A stretch of 37,296 nt of DNA from a virus (IMGVR_UViG_3300006029_000024:1-37296); one strand, 5' to 3'. Numbered from the stretch's first letter, positions 14,968 through 24,469 are shown. The notes: generated from the sequence alone by a model not told the origin. Made by a program: numbers and translations.

Positions 14968-15405
14968 ATGATCTTCTCACTACCACTTGCTGTGCGGGAC
15001 GTTAAAGCGACTGAGGCGCGCCTCCAGTCCATCTACGACGCTGCCGCGCTTGGTCTTAAAGGCGACGCATTGGCGTTAGCTGCTGGCATGTTGCCTATCG
15101 AGTACCGCCAACTCTGCCAGCTAGACCCTATGGCCGAACTGGCCGCGCAGAAGGGGCGCGCTGACTCTGAGATTGAGGCGTCATCACAGCTACGCGAAGC
15201 AGCGCGTGCGGGCGACGCTAAGGCGGCGCTGGCTATCCTTCAGCACAGCCACGGCTGGACGGCCAAACAAGAGATCGCGGTCAACGTACACAACATCAGC
15301 ATCACGCAGGCGCTCGAAGATGCGCAGAAGCGTGTCATTGAAGGTCAATTTACTGAAATAAATGTCTTGGAGAATAGGCAATGTCAGAATTCGGTACTGG
15401 ATTAA
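14968..15405 (+). CDS. Putative terminase small subunit
   Basis: First late gene, upstream of TerL; HTH-like N-terminus, KGRA...L...A..GD.KAALAILQH.HGW, ISITQALE.A..RV. Confidence 0.7.
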   Translation: MIFSLPLAVRDVKATEARLQSIYDAAALGLKGDALALAAGMLPIEYRQLCQLDPMAELAAQKGRADSEIEASSQLREAARAGDAKAALAILQHSHGWTAKQEIAVNVHNISITQALEDAQKRVIEGQFTEINVLENRQCQNSVLD

Positions 15406-16244
15406 CTGCCGCTGCGTTACGTGCGTACGATGCGTTAAGCGATAGAAAAACTATGCCGTCTAACCGACGCGTATTATTAGAAACTTTGGTTGATAAGTCA
15501 AAAGAACCAATAACTGAAAATGCTTTGCGCCCCGCTGAGTTAGACGCATTAAACAATTTAATTAGAAGTAAATATTCAAATTTGCAAAAACCGGCAACGC
15601 AATACAAAAATTATATCGACCGTACGTTAAGCGAACATGAATCTGCGGGTAAAACTAAACGTAAAGAAGGGCGAATAAATGCAGATTATGAAAAACAATT
15701 AAGAACCGACAGAAAAATTATCGATGGTTATTTAAGCGGAAATTTAACGCCTGAATTTTTAGACATGGCGCATGGTAAACCTGAATACCACAGAAATGTT
15801 GCGCTTACATTAGCTGGCATCGGCAACGGTGAAGGAACACCTTTTTCGGTTAAACCAAATATACAATACGAAGATTACAATAAATTTACAGACCCCATGG
15901 TAGCCCGCAACATATTAAGCGGGTCAAATCCGTATGATTCTTTGGCTACGCTTTTAGGGCGTTTTAACTATGGTATTGACCCTAAAACAAAACAATTTGT
16001 AGCAACTGATAAATATGATTTTAATCCTTATAAATCAATCCTGACCAACAAAGACGCAACACCTGTAATACCCTACGCCGAAGATTTAATTACGCTGCCT
16101 ATTGATGGCGGGACTAGCGGCGGCGCGTATAATTTATTGCGTAGATACGCAGGCACTGTTGTTCCACCTGGGCAAGGCCGCGATGTACGCATCCAATTAA
16201 ATAATTTATTACCCGCGCCTAAAAACGCATTTGTAGGTAAATAG
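15381..16244 (+). CDS. Inserted AT-rich hypothetical protein (287 aa) with colicin-M-like C-terminal motifs
   Basis: Long ORF with GGAGA RBS; stop overlaps the TerL GTG; function inferred only. Confidence 0.75.
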   Translation: MSEFGTGLTAAALRAYDALSDRKTMPSNRRVLLETLVDKSKEPITENALRPAELDALNNLIRSKYSNLQKPATQYKNYIDRTLSEHESAGKTKRKEGRINADYEKQLRTDRKIIDGYLSGNLTPEFLDMAHGKPEYHRNVALTLAGIGNGEGTPFSVKPNIQYEDYNKFTDPMVARNILSGSNPYDSLATLLGRFNYGIDPKTKQFVATDKYDFNPYKSILTNKDATPVIPYAEDLITLPIDGGTSGGAYNLLRRYAGTVVPPGQGRDVRIQLNNLLPAPKNAFVGK

Positions 16245-17767
16245 TGCAAACAACCATCTACTCGCCAGACGAAGAACAAGCGTTAATGAGCCGGCTTTGG
16301 TCGGCACAGATTAAAGACAATCCATTAGCGTTCGTTCTATATGTGTTCCCGTGGGGCGTTAAAGGCACACCGCTGGAGAACTTCGCTGGCCCGCGCAAAT
16401 GGCAACGAGACATCCTCCTGCTTATAGCCGATCAGATTAAGAGCAACCAAGGCAAGATTGACTTCGATACGCTGCGCTTGGCAATCTCGTCAGGCCGTGG
16501 TATTGGTAAGTCTGCATTGGTTAGCTGGATTACGATCTGGATGCTGTCGACCCGCATTGGGTCTACGACCATCATCTCGGCCAACAGCGAGAGTCAGCTA
16601 CGCTCGGTTACTTGGGCTGAGATTACTAAATGGCTGGCGATGTCGATCAACAGCCATTGGTTTGAAGTGTCGGCGACAAGACTCATGCCAGCTAAATGGC
16701 TGACTGAGTTGGTCGAACGTGATCTGAAGAAAGGCACGCGTTACTGGGGCGTTGAAGGCCGGTTGTGGTCGGCAGAGAATCCTGACGCCTACGCGGGTGT
16801 GCATAACTACGACGGTGTGCTGGTCATCTTTGATGAAGCGTCGGGTATTGATGACGCCATCTGGGCGGTGACGTCTGGTTTTTTTACGGAAAACACACCA
16901 AATCGTTTCTGGTGCTGTTTTTCTAACCCACGACGCAATACGGGGTACTTTTACGAGTGTTTTAACGCCAAACGGGCGTTCTGGAAAACTAAAGTAGTGG
17001 ACGCCAGGACTGTAGAAGGTACTGACAAGCAGGTGTACCAGCAGATTATTGACGAATACGGCCCAGACTCTAGCCAAGCGCACGTTGAGGTGTACGGTGA
17101 GTTCCCATCGGCTGGCGATGATCAGTTCATCTCGTCAGGCATTGTGGACGACGCAATGAAACGGCCTAAGTATAAGGATTTGTCGGCGCCGATTGTGATT
17201 GGTGTCGATCCGGCGCGGTTCGGGGCTGACGCAACCGTCATCGTGGTGCGCCAAGGGCGCGATATTGTCGAGATTAGGCGCTATCGGGGCGACGACACCA
17301 TGACGGTGGTGGGCCATGTGATCGACGCGATCGAAGAATACAAGCCAACACTGGTCGTGATCGACGAGGGCGGCGTGGGTGGCGGTATTGTGGACAGGCT
17401 GAAAGAGCAACGGTACAAGATTCGGGGTGTAAACTTCGGTAATAAGTCTAAAAACCCGCTGATGTACGGCAATATGCGAGCGCAGATGTGGGGTGAAATG
17501 CGAAATTGGTTGAAAGAAGCAAGTATTCCACTAGACCGCACACTAAAAACGGACTTAATATCGCCAATTATGAAGCCGGACTCAAAAGGAACGATTTTCT
17601 TGGAGTCTAAGAAGGATATGAAGTCACGCGGGCTGTCGTCGCCGGATGCGGCTGACGCGCTATGCGTAACTTTTGCTTTTCCTGTTGCCAACCGCGAGTA
17701 TAATGCTCGTACAACAACCCGCCAGGTGTCATCTGGCACTGTTACTAGTTCATGGATGGGGTCATAA
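16244..17767 (+). CDS. terL: Terminase large subunit
   Basis: Walker A SGRGIGKS, Walker B VIFDEAS, motif C FSNP, nuclease IGVDPARFGAD and SPDAADAL. Confidence 0.95.
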   Translation: MQTTIYSPDEEQALMSRLWSAQIKDNPLAFVLYVFPWGVKGTPLENFAGPRKWQRDILLLIADQIKSNQGKIDFDTLRLAISSGRGIGKSALVSWITIWMLSTRIGSTTIISANSESQLRSVTWAEITKWLAMSINSHWFEVSATRLMPAKWLTELVERDLKKGTRYWGVEGRLWSAENPDAYAGVHNYDGVLVIFDEASGIDDAIWAVTSGFFTENTPNRFWCCFSNPRRNTGYFYECFNAKRAFWKTKVVDARTVEGTDKQVYQQIIDEYGPDSSQAHVEVYGEFPSAGDDQFISSGIVDDAMKRPKYKDLSAPIVIGVDPARFGADATVIVVRQGRDIVEIRRYRGDDTMTVVGHVIDAIEEYKPTLVVIDEGGVGGGIVDRLKEQRYKIRGVNFGNKSKNPLMYGNMRAQMWGEMRNWLKEASIPLDRTLKTDLISPIMKPDSKGTIFLESKKDMKSRGLSSPDAADALCVTFAFPVANREYNARTTTRQVSSGTVTSSWMGS

Positions 17768-17768
17768 T

Positions 17769-17906
17769 ATGCCATTGAAGAAAAGCACTACGCCTAAAGC
17801 GTTTCGTGAAAACGTGAAAGCGGAAGTTAAAGCGGGTAAACCTATTAAGCAAGCGGTGGCGATAAGTTACGCCGTTAAACGTGAAGCTGCGAAAAAATCT
17901 AAATAA
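17769..17906 (+). CDS. Small Lys-rich protein, 45 aa
   Basis: MPLKKS...NVKAE.KAGKP.KQAVAI.Y pattern often found between terL and portal; TAATG overlap with the portal. Confidence 0.75.
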   Translation: MPLKKSTTPKAFRENVKAEVKAGKPIKQAVAISYAVKREAAKKSK

Positions 17907-20101
17907 TGGCATATAACAGCGACGTTAAAGCGGCAGGTAAAGTATCTGAATCTGACGATACTGACTCACTAGCCACCATGCGCAGCCGGCTTTCGCTGGC
18001 TATTGGCGCTTATAGCGAGTCGCGCGAAGATGAACTGGACGACCTGCGCTTTTATGCCGGCTCACCCGACAATCAATGGCAATGGCCGGCAGATGTGCTA
18101 GCAACGCGTGGTGCGGTGCAAGGCCAAACCATTAACGCACGCCCCTGCCTGACCATTAACAAGCTGCCACAGCATGTGCGGCAAGTTACCAACGATCAGC
18201 GCCAGAATCGTCCAAGCGGTAAAGTCATCCCTGTGGATGACAAGGCCGACGTTGAAGTAGCTGAGATTTTTGATGGTATTGTGCGCCATATTGAGTATAT
18301 CTCGGATGCTGACGTAGCCTACGACACCGCCTGCGAGAATCAGGTCACCTACGGTGAAGGTTACATCCGTATTCTGACTGAATACTGTAACGAAGATAGT
18401 TTCGACCAAGACATTAAGATTGGCCGTATCCGCAATTCGTTCTCCGTGTACATGGACCCAACCATTCAAGACCCTTGCGGCTCGGATGCTGAATGGTGCT
18501 TCATTACAGAGGACATGCTCAAAGAAGATTACGAACGCGAGTTCCCGAACGCTAAACCTATCTCGACGTTGGAACAAGGCGGCGTAGGCGATCAAACACT
18601 GTCCAACTGGGTCAATAAAGATACCATTCGGATTGCTGAGTACTTTTACATTGAGCATACGTCTAAGAAATTGCATCTGTACCACGGCAATGTGTCGGCT
18701 TTTGAAGATAGCCCAGAAGATAAGCAAATGAAAGCAATGGGCATGAAGCCGTTGCGCACCCGCGTGGTGGACGTTAAAAAGGTCAAATGGTGCAAAACCA
18801 ATGGCTACGAGTTCATTGAAGAAAACGATTGGGCTGGCGCGTCGATTCCTGTTGTTCGCGTGGTTGGTAATGAATACGAAGTAGATGGCAAACTGTACGT
18901 GGCAGGTCTGGTACGCAATGCGAAAGACGCGCAGCGTATGTACAATTATTGGGTTAGCCAAGAAACTGAAATGCTGGCATTAGCGCCTAAAGCACCATTT
19001 ATTGGCTATGGCGGTCAGTTTGAAGGCTACGAGAACCAATGGAAAACCGCTAATACGACCAATTGGCCGTATTTGGAAGTTAATCCAGACGTAACCGACG
19101 GCCAAGGCGGCGTACTGCCATTGCCAGCACGCTCACAGCCACCAGTGGCATCTAGCGGTCTGTTGCAGGCCAAGATGGGTGCATCGGACGATATTAAGTC
19201 TACTACAGGCCAATATGATACAAGTCTGGGTCAAACTTCTAACGAGCGGTCGGGCAAAGCAATTATGGCGCGTGAGCGTCAATCTGATACTGGCACTTAC
19301 CATTACGTTGACAATCTGGCACGCGCTGTTCGTTATGTTACGCGTCAAATTGTAGACTTGATCCCTAAGATTTACGACACACAACGCATCGCCCGCATTA
19401 TTGGAATTGACGGCGAAACCAGCATGGCTAAGATTGACCCAATGCAAGCCGAGCCGGTCAAGAAGATTGTTGACCAAGCCGGTATTGTGCTGGAAAAAAT
19501 CTACAACCCTGGCATTGGTAAGTACGACGTCTGCGTAACGACCGGCCCGAGCTACATGACCAAGCGTCAAGAAGCATTGGAAGGCATGTCTGTACTGCTG
19601 CAAGGCAATCCACAACTGTGGGCTGTGGCCGGCGACTTGTTTATTAAGAACATGGATTGGCCTGGCGCACAGGAAATGTCTAAACGGTTTGCTAAGACGA
19701 TCGATCCTAAGTTGCTGTCGAACGAGGATGAATCGCCTGAATTGCAAGCTGCACAGCAACAGATTCAAGCAATGGGTCAGGAAATGGATCAGATGCACCA
19801 GATGCTGCAAAACGTCGGTAAATCGATGGAAGCGCAGGATCAGGAGCGTAAAGACTTTGAAGCGAAGATTAAGGCTTTTGAAGCGGAAACTAAGCGCATT
19901 ACGGCTGTGCAAGCCAGCATGTCGCCTGAGCAGATTCAGGATATTGTCATGGGTACGGTTCATGGCATGATCGACAGTGGTGACTTGATTCAGGAAATGC
20001 CTGGCCGTGAGACGAATGAGCAAATGCCTGAGTCGGCTGAGTACGCACCACAACCACAAGAGCCGCAACAACAAATGCCACTTGAAGGAATGGGACAATG
20101 A
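17906..20101 (+). CDS. P22-like portal protein
   Basis: F..G..QW, RPCLTINKL, G+VRNAKDAQRMYNY, SGKAI.AR, GKYDV.V.TGPSY.TKRQEA; Q-rich barrel. Confidence 0.93.
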   Translation: MAYNSDVKAAGKVSESDDTDSLATMRSRLSLAIGAYSESREDELDDLRFYAGSPDNQWQWPADVLATRGAVQGQTINARPCLTINKLPQHVRQVTNDQRQNRPSGKVIPVDDKADVEVAEIFDGIVRHIEYISDADVAYDTACENQVTYGEGYIRILTEYCNEDSFDQDIKIGRIRNSFSVYMDPTIQDPCGSDAEWCFITEDMLKEDYEREFPNAKPISTLEQGGVGDQTLSNWVNKDTIRIAEYFYIEHTSKKLHLYHGNVSAFEDSPEDKQMKAMGMKPLRTRVVDVKKVKWCKTNGYEFIEENDWAGASIPVVRVVGNEYEVDGKLYVAGLVRNAKDAQRMYNYWVSQETEMLALAPKAPFIGYGGQFEGYENQWKTANTTNWPYLEVNPDVTDGQGGVLPLPARSQPPVASSGLLQAKMGASDDIKSTTGQYDTSLGQTSNERSGKAIMARERQSDTGTYHYVDNLARAVRYVTRQIVDLIPKIYDTQRIARIIGIDGETSMAKIDPMQAEPVKKIVDQAGIVLEKIYNPGIGKYDVCVTTGPSYMTKRQEALEGMSVLLQGNPQLWAVAGDLFIKNMDWPGAQEMSKRFAKTIDPKLLSNEDESPELQAAQQQIQAMGQEMDQMHQMLQNVGKSMEAQDQERKDFEAKIKAFEAETKRITAVQASMSPEQIQDIVMGTVHGMIDSGDLIQEMPGRETNEQMPESAEYAPQPQEPQQQMPLEGMGQ

Positions 20102-20460
20102 AGGCTGCGGATTTCGTAGGTTTGCTGTTTTTAGCGCGTGATGTTGCACATAGCGTGCATTTAAACACACGCAGCTTTTCTAAGCACATGGCGCTCAATA
20201 CCTTTTACCATGAGATTATTGAGAATGCCGATGAGTTTACTGAAGCGTACCAAGGCCGACACGGTTTGGTCGGCCCGATCTCGCTAATGTCAGCTAAGAA
20301 AACATCGAATATTGTTGAGTTTCTTCAGAATCAACTTGAAGAAATTGAAAAGGAGCGATATAACGTAGTCGATAAATCCGATACGTCGTTGCAACAAATC
20401 ATCGACAATATCGTTCAATTGTACCTATCCACGCTGTATAAGATAAGGTTTTTGGCATGA
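20098..20460 (+). CDS. Ferritin/Dps-like four-helix protein (DUF5856-like)
   Basis: AH..HL.T.S.S.H.AL..FY......D.F.EAYQG ... LQ.IID.I......TLYK. Confidence 0.75.
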   Translation: MKAADFVGLLFLARDVAHSVHLNTRSFSKHMALNTFYHEIIENADEFTEAYQGRHGLVGPISLMSAKKTSNIVEFLQNQLEEIEKERYNVVDKSDTSLQQIIDNIVQLYLSTLYKIRFLA

Positions 20461-21239
20461 GCGCATTTGTATCGCAAACACAATACGGCAAAACTGAACA
20501 ATTTAATTTGCAATTGGCGCGAAATCAAATTCAAGGCCATAAATTTCAATTTAAATTTGGTTATAACCCTACGGTTACTACTGCGGAAACTACTGTTTGG
20601 ACTCAAGGTGGGGTATACGCATATCAAGCGTCTGCTATTCAGCTAAAAATTTCTAGCAGCTCAGCTAACGATACTGCTGCGGGTACTGGCGCTAGAACAA
20701 TAAGCGTACAAGGATTAGATTCTGCATACAATGAAATTAGCGAAACTGTAACGCTTAACGGGCAAACACCAGTTCTTACCGCGAATAATTTTTTGCGCGT
20801 TAATCGTATGTTTGTAATAGCCGCAGGCAGCGGAAATACCGCAGCGGGAACTATTTACGCAGGCGACGGAACAGTAACTGCGGGTGTTCCGGCCACAGTT
20901 TATGCAGTTATTAGCTTGGGTGAAAACCAAACTTTAATGGCTATTTGGACAGTTCCTGCTGGGTATACGGGCTATTTAGTTGAATCTACTTTAAATGTAG
21001 GTGATGCGGGAGCATCCCAGTCACTTATTGGCCGATTAATGCAAAGACAGATAAATGGCGTTTTTAGAACAGTGTCTAAAATAGTTTTACATGATGGTAC
21101 GGCTAACTTTGACGGGTCTACAATTCCATTAACTTTTCCCGAAAAAACAGATATAGAAATTCGCGCAACTAGCACAGCTGGAACTAATCAAGCGGGCGCT
21201 AATTTTGCGCTGATTTACATTAAAAATTCAACGGACTAA
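20457..21239 (+). CDS. Putative virion-associated beta-rich protein
   Basis: KFGYNP, ETTVW..GG.Y, GTGARTI..QGLD; T/G/A-rich; in the head gene cluster. Confidence 0.65.
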   Translation: MSAFVSQTQYGKTEQFNLQLARNQIQGHKFQFKFGYNPTVTTAETTVWTQGGVYAYQASAIQLKISSSSANDTAAGTGARTISVQGLDSAYNEISETVTLNGQTPVLTANNFLRVNRMFVIAAGSGNTAAGTIYAGDGTVTAGVPATVYAVISLGENQTLMAIWTVPAGYTGYLVESTLNVGDAGASQSLIGRLMQRQINGVFRTVSKIVLHDGTANFDGSTIPLTFPEKTDIEIRATSTAGTNQAGANFALIYIKNSTD

Positions 21240-21241
21240 AC

Positions 21242-21508
21242 ATGGCAAATTACGCGTACATTACCGCTTCGGCAAATATCAAACCAATGGCAGGTAAGCT
21301 AAAAGCTATTTTTGTTAGCGCCGCGTCGCTTGTGCCAACTATTACAGTCTACGATTCTTCGTCCACAACCACGTCAAAAACAATTTTGGGCGTGTTTACG
21401 CCTGCGGCAGCAACAGTATATAACTTTCCGTTAGATGGAGTTTTTGCCAATAACGGCATATACGTTGTCATTAGTGGTACAGTTGCTGCTACAATTATTT
21501 ACGAATAA
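21242..21508 (+). CDS. Small putative head-associated protein
   Basis: Beta-rich 88-aa ORF just before the scaffold gene. Confidence 0.65.
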   Translation: MANYAYITASANIKPMAGKLKAIFVSAASLVPTITVYDSSSTTTSKTILGVFTPAAATVYNFPLDGVFANNGIYVVISGTVAATIIYE

Positions 21509-21551
21509 CCTTATCGGCGAGGCACACCGAGGATTCTAAGGAATCAATACA

Positions 21552-22313
21552 ATGTCTGATGAAGTAGAACTAGCGGCAGTAGAACCCGCGCCAGAACTGG
21601 AAGTTACGGCAACTCCAGAACCTGAAGAACTAGCGCCGGAAGTGCCAGCAGCATCTAAGACCTTCACACAAGAAGAATTAGACGCAGCAATTGGCAAACG
21701 ACTTGCAAGAGAGCAACGTAAATGGGAACGGGAACAGGCTCAGCGACCAGTCGCTAAAGCTGCTGAACCGCCACCCGCGCTTGACCAGTTTAATACTGTG
21801 GATGAGTACGCCGAAGCATTGGCGGCATCAAAAGCAGAACAAATGCTGGCTGACCGCGAAGCGAGACGGCAACAGTCTGAACTTTTAGAGTCCTATCACG
21901 ATAGAGAAGAGGAAGCGCGGGGCAAATACGATGACTTTGAACAAGTCGCGTACAACCCTAACCTGCCGATCACTACCGTGATGGCTCAGACGATTCAATC
22001 GTCGGATGTTGGCCCCGACTTGGCTTATTACCTTGGGACTAACCCGAAAGAAGCGGATCGCATTTCCAGATTGCAGCCTTTCATGCAGGCTAAAGAAATT
22101 GGACGGATTGAGGCCAAACTGATCTCAAGCCCGCCCGCAAAGAAAACATCGACTGCTCCGGCACCGATTAGCCCTGTTACCGCGCGTTCCTCTGGGAACC
22201 CGATTTATGACACTACTGATCCACGGTCCTCCAAGACCATGACGGATTCGCAGTGGATTGAAGCAGAACGGTTGCGGCAAGCTAAGAAATGGGAAGCATC
22301 GAAACTCCGCTAA
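21552..22313 (+). CDS. Capsid scaffolding protein
   Basis: Acidic/Pro-rich N-terminus, TFTQEELDA.I.KRLARE, helical body; directly upstream of the coat gene. Confidence 0.85.
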   Translation: MSDEVELAAVEPAPELEVTATPEPEELAPEVPAASKTFTQEELDAAIGKRLAREQRKWEREQAQRPVAKAAEPPPALDQFNTVDEYAEALAASKAEQMLADREARRQQSELLESYHDREEEARGKYDDFEQVAYNPNLPITTVMAQTIQSSDVGPDLAYYLGTNPKEADRISRLQPFMQAKEIGRIEAKLISSPPAKKTSTAPAPISPVTARSSGNPIYDTTDPRSSKTMTDSQWIEAERLRQAKKWEASKLR

Positions 22314-22333
22314 TTTTACTTTTAGGAAATATC

Positions 22334-23542
22334 ATGGCAAATAGCATTCTTACCATCGACATGATCACGCGCAAGGCGCTTGAGATTCTCGAAAACAATC
22401 TGGTTCTGACCCGTAACGTCAATCGTCAATACGACGATTCTTTCGCCGTTGAAGGCGCTAAAATTGGTTCCACACTGCGTATCCGTCTGCCGGATCGCGC
22501 TCTGGTGACCGACGGCGCCGCCCTGCAAGTTCAGGACGACAACGAGCAATTCACCACCCTGTCTGTGGCTAACCAAAAGCATATCGGCGTGAACTTCACT
22601 TCTGCCGAACTGACCATGCAATTGGATGACTTCGCAGAACGTGTGTTGAAACCACGTATTTCCCAATTGGCTTCCAGCATTGATGCTGACGTTGCCAATG
22701 CTTACCGTACCATCGGTAACTCAGTCGGCACGCCAGGCACAACGCCTTCAACTTCGTTGGTTCTGCTGCAAGCTCAGCAAAAACTGAACGAAAACGCTGC
22801 TGTTATGTCCCCACGTTACGCAACCGTCAACCCTGCCGCTAACGCTGGTCTGGTTGAAGGCATGAAAGGTCTGTTCAATCCAACCGACACTGTTAGCCGC
22901 CAATTCAAAAACGGCATGATGGGTACTGGCGTGTTGGGCTTTGAAGAAATCAACATGTCGCAGTCGATCAAACAGCACACCACGGGTTCCCGTGATGCGT
23001 CTGCTGCCACCATCGTTGCCGCTTCGGTGACTTCGGAAGGTGCTTCGACCCTGTCGCTGTCACAAGCTTCGGTTACCACCACGATTAAAGCTGGCGACGT
23101 GTTCACCATCGGTAGCGTGTTTGCGGTCAACCCACAAACCCGTGAATCCACTGGTTCGCTGTTCCAGTTCGTCGCTCTGGCTGACGCTACTGCCGTGTCT
23201 GGTACTTGGACTGTTACCGTTGCTCCGATCTATTCGGCTAATCATGCTTTGGCAACCGTCAACGCTCTGCCGCTGGTCAACGCCACTGTTACTTTCTTGG
23301 GCGCTGCTTCTACTCAGTACGCTCAGAACTTGGTCTACCACAAAGATGCGATCACTTTTGCAACCGCTGACTTGCTGCTGCCACAAGGCGTAGACATGGC
23401 TTCGCGTGCTGTTCATAACGGTATCTCCCTGCGCGTGGTTCGCCAGTACGATATTAACAATGACCGTATGCCTTGCCGTATTGACGTCCTGTACGGTTAC
23501 AGCACCATCCGTCCACAAATGGCTGCTCGTATCTGGGGCTAA
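22334..23542 (+). CDS. Major capsid protein (P22 gp5-like coat)
   Basis: MAN.ILT.DMITR.AL..L.N, KIG.TLRIRLP, NL.YHKDA, RIDVLYG; strongest codon bias; start set at ATG 22334 after AGGA. Confidence 0.95.
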   Translation: MANSILTIDMITRKALEILENNLVLTRNVNRQYDDSFAVEGAKIGSTLRIRLPDRALVTDGAALQVQDDNEQFTTLSVANQKHIGVNFTSAELTMQLDDFAERVLKPRISQLASSIDADVANAYRTIGNSVGTPGTTPSTSLVLLQAQQKLNENAAVMSPRYATVNPAANAGLVEGMKGLFNPTDTVSRQFKNGMMGTGVLGFEEINMSQSIKQHTTGSRDASAATIVAASVTSEGASTLSLSQASVTTTIKAGDVFTIGSVFAVNPQTRESTGSLFQFVALADATAVSGTWTVTVAPIYSANHALATVNALPLVNATVTFLGAASTQYAQNLVYHKDAITFATADLLLPQGVDMASRAVHNGISLRVVRQYDINNDRMPCRIDVLYGYSTIRPQMAARIWG

Positions 23543-23546
23543 GTCT

Positions 23547-23569
23547 GAAGGGGGCTTCGGCCCCTTTTT
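23547..23569 (+). terminator. Intrinsic terminator after the coat gene
   Basis: GGGGC-TTCG-GCCCC plus T5. Confidence 0.85.
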
Positions 23570-23593
23570 CAAAATTCTTTTAAGGAAAATATC

Positions 23594-23986
23594 ATGGCAA
23601 TTCCAAATGGCGCAGGCGGCTATCAACTTGGTGACGGCAATCTGAGCGAAGTAAGTATTGGCGTTCAATCAGCTCCAGTGGCTAAAACCGCTGCTGCCAC
23701 TCTGACCGCTGCTGAACTGACTAACGGCATCGTTACTTATACCGGCGCTGCTGTTAACCTGACTCTGCCTACCGTGGCTGACCTTGAAGTGCTGGTTTCC
23801 AGTGCTAAAGTGAATAGCTGCTTTGACTTCAGCATCATCAACACCGGCGCAACTAATGCTGCCACCGTGGTTGTTGGTACTGGCTGGACTCTGGTTGGCG
23901 TGGCTGCTGTTTCGGCTGTTACTTCGGCTACATGGCGCGCACGCAAGACCGGCGACGGTACTTGGATTGCATACCGTCTGGCTTAA
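23594..23986 (+). CDS. Putative capsid decoration/cement protein
   Basis: Follows the coat gene, biased codons, ATLTAAEL..GI...LTLPT pattern. Confidence 0.7.
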   Translation: MAIPNGAGGYQLGDGNLSEVSIGVQSAPVAKTAAATLTAAELTNGIVTYTGAAVNLTLPTVADLEVLVSSAKVNSCFDFSIINTGATNAATVVVGTGWTLVGVAAVSAVTSATWRARKTGDGTWIAYRLA

Positions 23987-23989
23987 TAC

Positions 23990-24014
23990 GAAGGGGGCTT
24001 CGGCCCCTTTCTTT
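23990..24014 (+). terminator. Intrinsic terminator (second UUCG hairpin)
   Basis: GGGGC-TTCG-GCCCC plus TTTCTTT. Confidence 0.75.
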
Positions 24015-24026
24015 AAAGGATAAATC

Positions 24027-24263
24027 ATGGCAAATACAAAAGCAGTCGGCATTGCATATGCTGACCCGTCATTTGACAACGCCCAATACAAACTGTATTT
24101 GGTGGCTGACTTGCCTGCCGCATCGGTTGCTTTGGCAGGAACGCGTGCTGCGGTTAGTAACTCTAATGCTGCTTACACAGCGGGCATTGGCGCAACGGTT
24201 GCAGGTGGCGGCGCGTTTATCGTGCCTGTGTTCTGTAACGGTGTAAATTGGCTTATCGGCTAA
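24027..24263 (+). CDS. Small putative head fibre/decoration protein
   Basis: RBS AAGGA; VADLPAAS...G.RA.V...VAGGG...VPVF.NG.NW.IG. Confidence 0.7.
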   Translation: MANTKAVGIAYADPSFDNAQYKLYLVADLPAASVALAGTRAAVSNSNAAYTAGIGATVAGGGAFIVPVFCNGVNWLIG

Positions 24264-24268
24264 TATGA

Positions 24269-24286
24269 ATGGGGCTTCGGCCCCAT
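24269..24286 (+). other. Third UUCG hairpin, without U-tract
   Basis: ATGGGGC-TTCG-GCCCCAT. Confidence 0.7.
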
Positions 24287-24293
24287 CTAAACT

Positions 24294-24467
24294 ATGAACA
24301 TTTACCTCCAACACCCTGTGCATGGCCGCAAGATCGCAACAATGGAACTTGAAGCGGAACAGGATGAACAAAACGGCTGGACGCGATACAATGACGACAT
24401 TGTGGAAGCGCCTAAAGTCGAAAACGAATTAGTTAGCCGACGCAAGCGCGCAACTAAAGGAAATTAA
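24294..24467 (+). CDS. Hypothetical protein, 57 aa (not in ORF track)
   Basis: Manual translation MNIYLQHPVHGRKIATMELEAEQDEQNGWTRY...RRKRATKGN*; fills the gap. Confidence 0.7.
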   Translation: MNIYLQHPVHGRKIATMELEAEQDEQNGWTRYNDDIVEAPKVENELVSRRKRATKGN

Positions 24468-24469
24468 TC

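Noticed and set aside
18098-20170. Long antisense ORFs (287 and 345 aa) opposite the portal, and similar shadows opposite terL and the coat gene
   Set aside because: Expected from codon bias of the sense genes; no RBS or recognisable motifs
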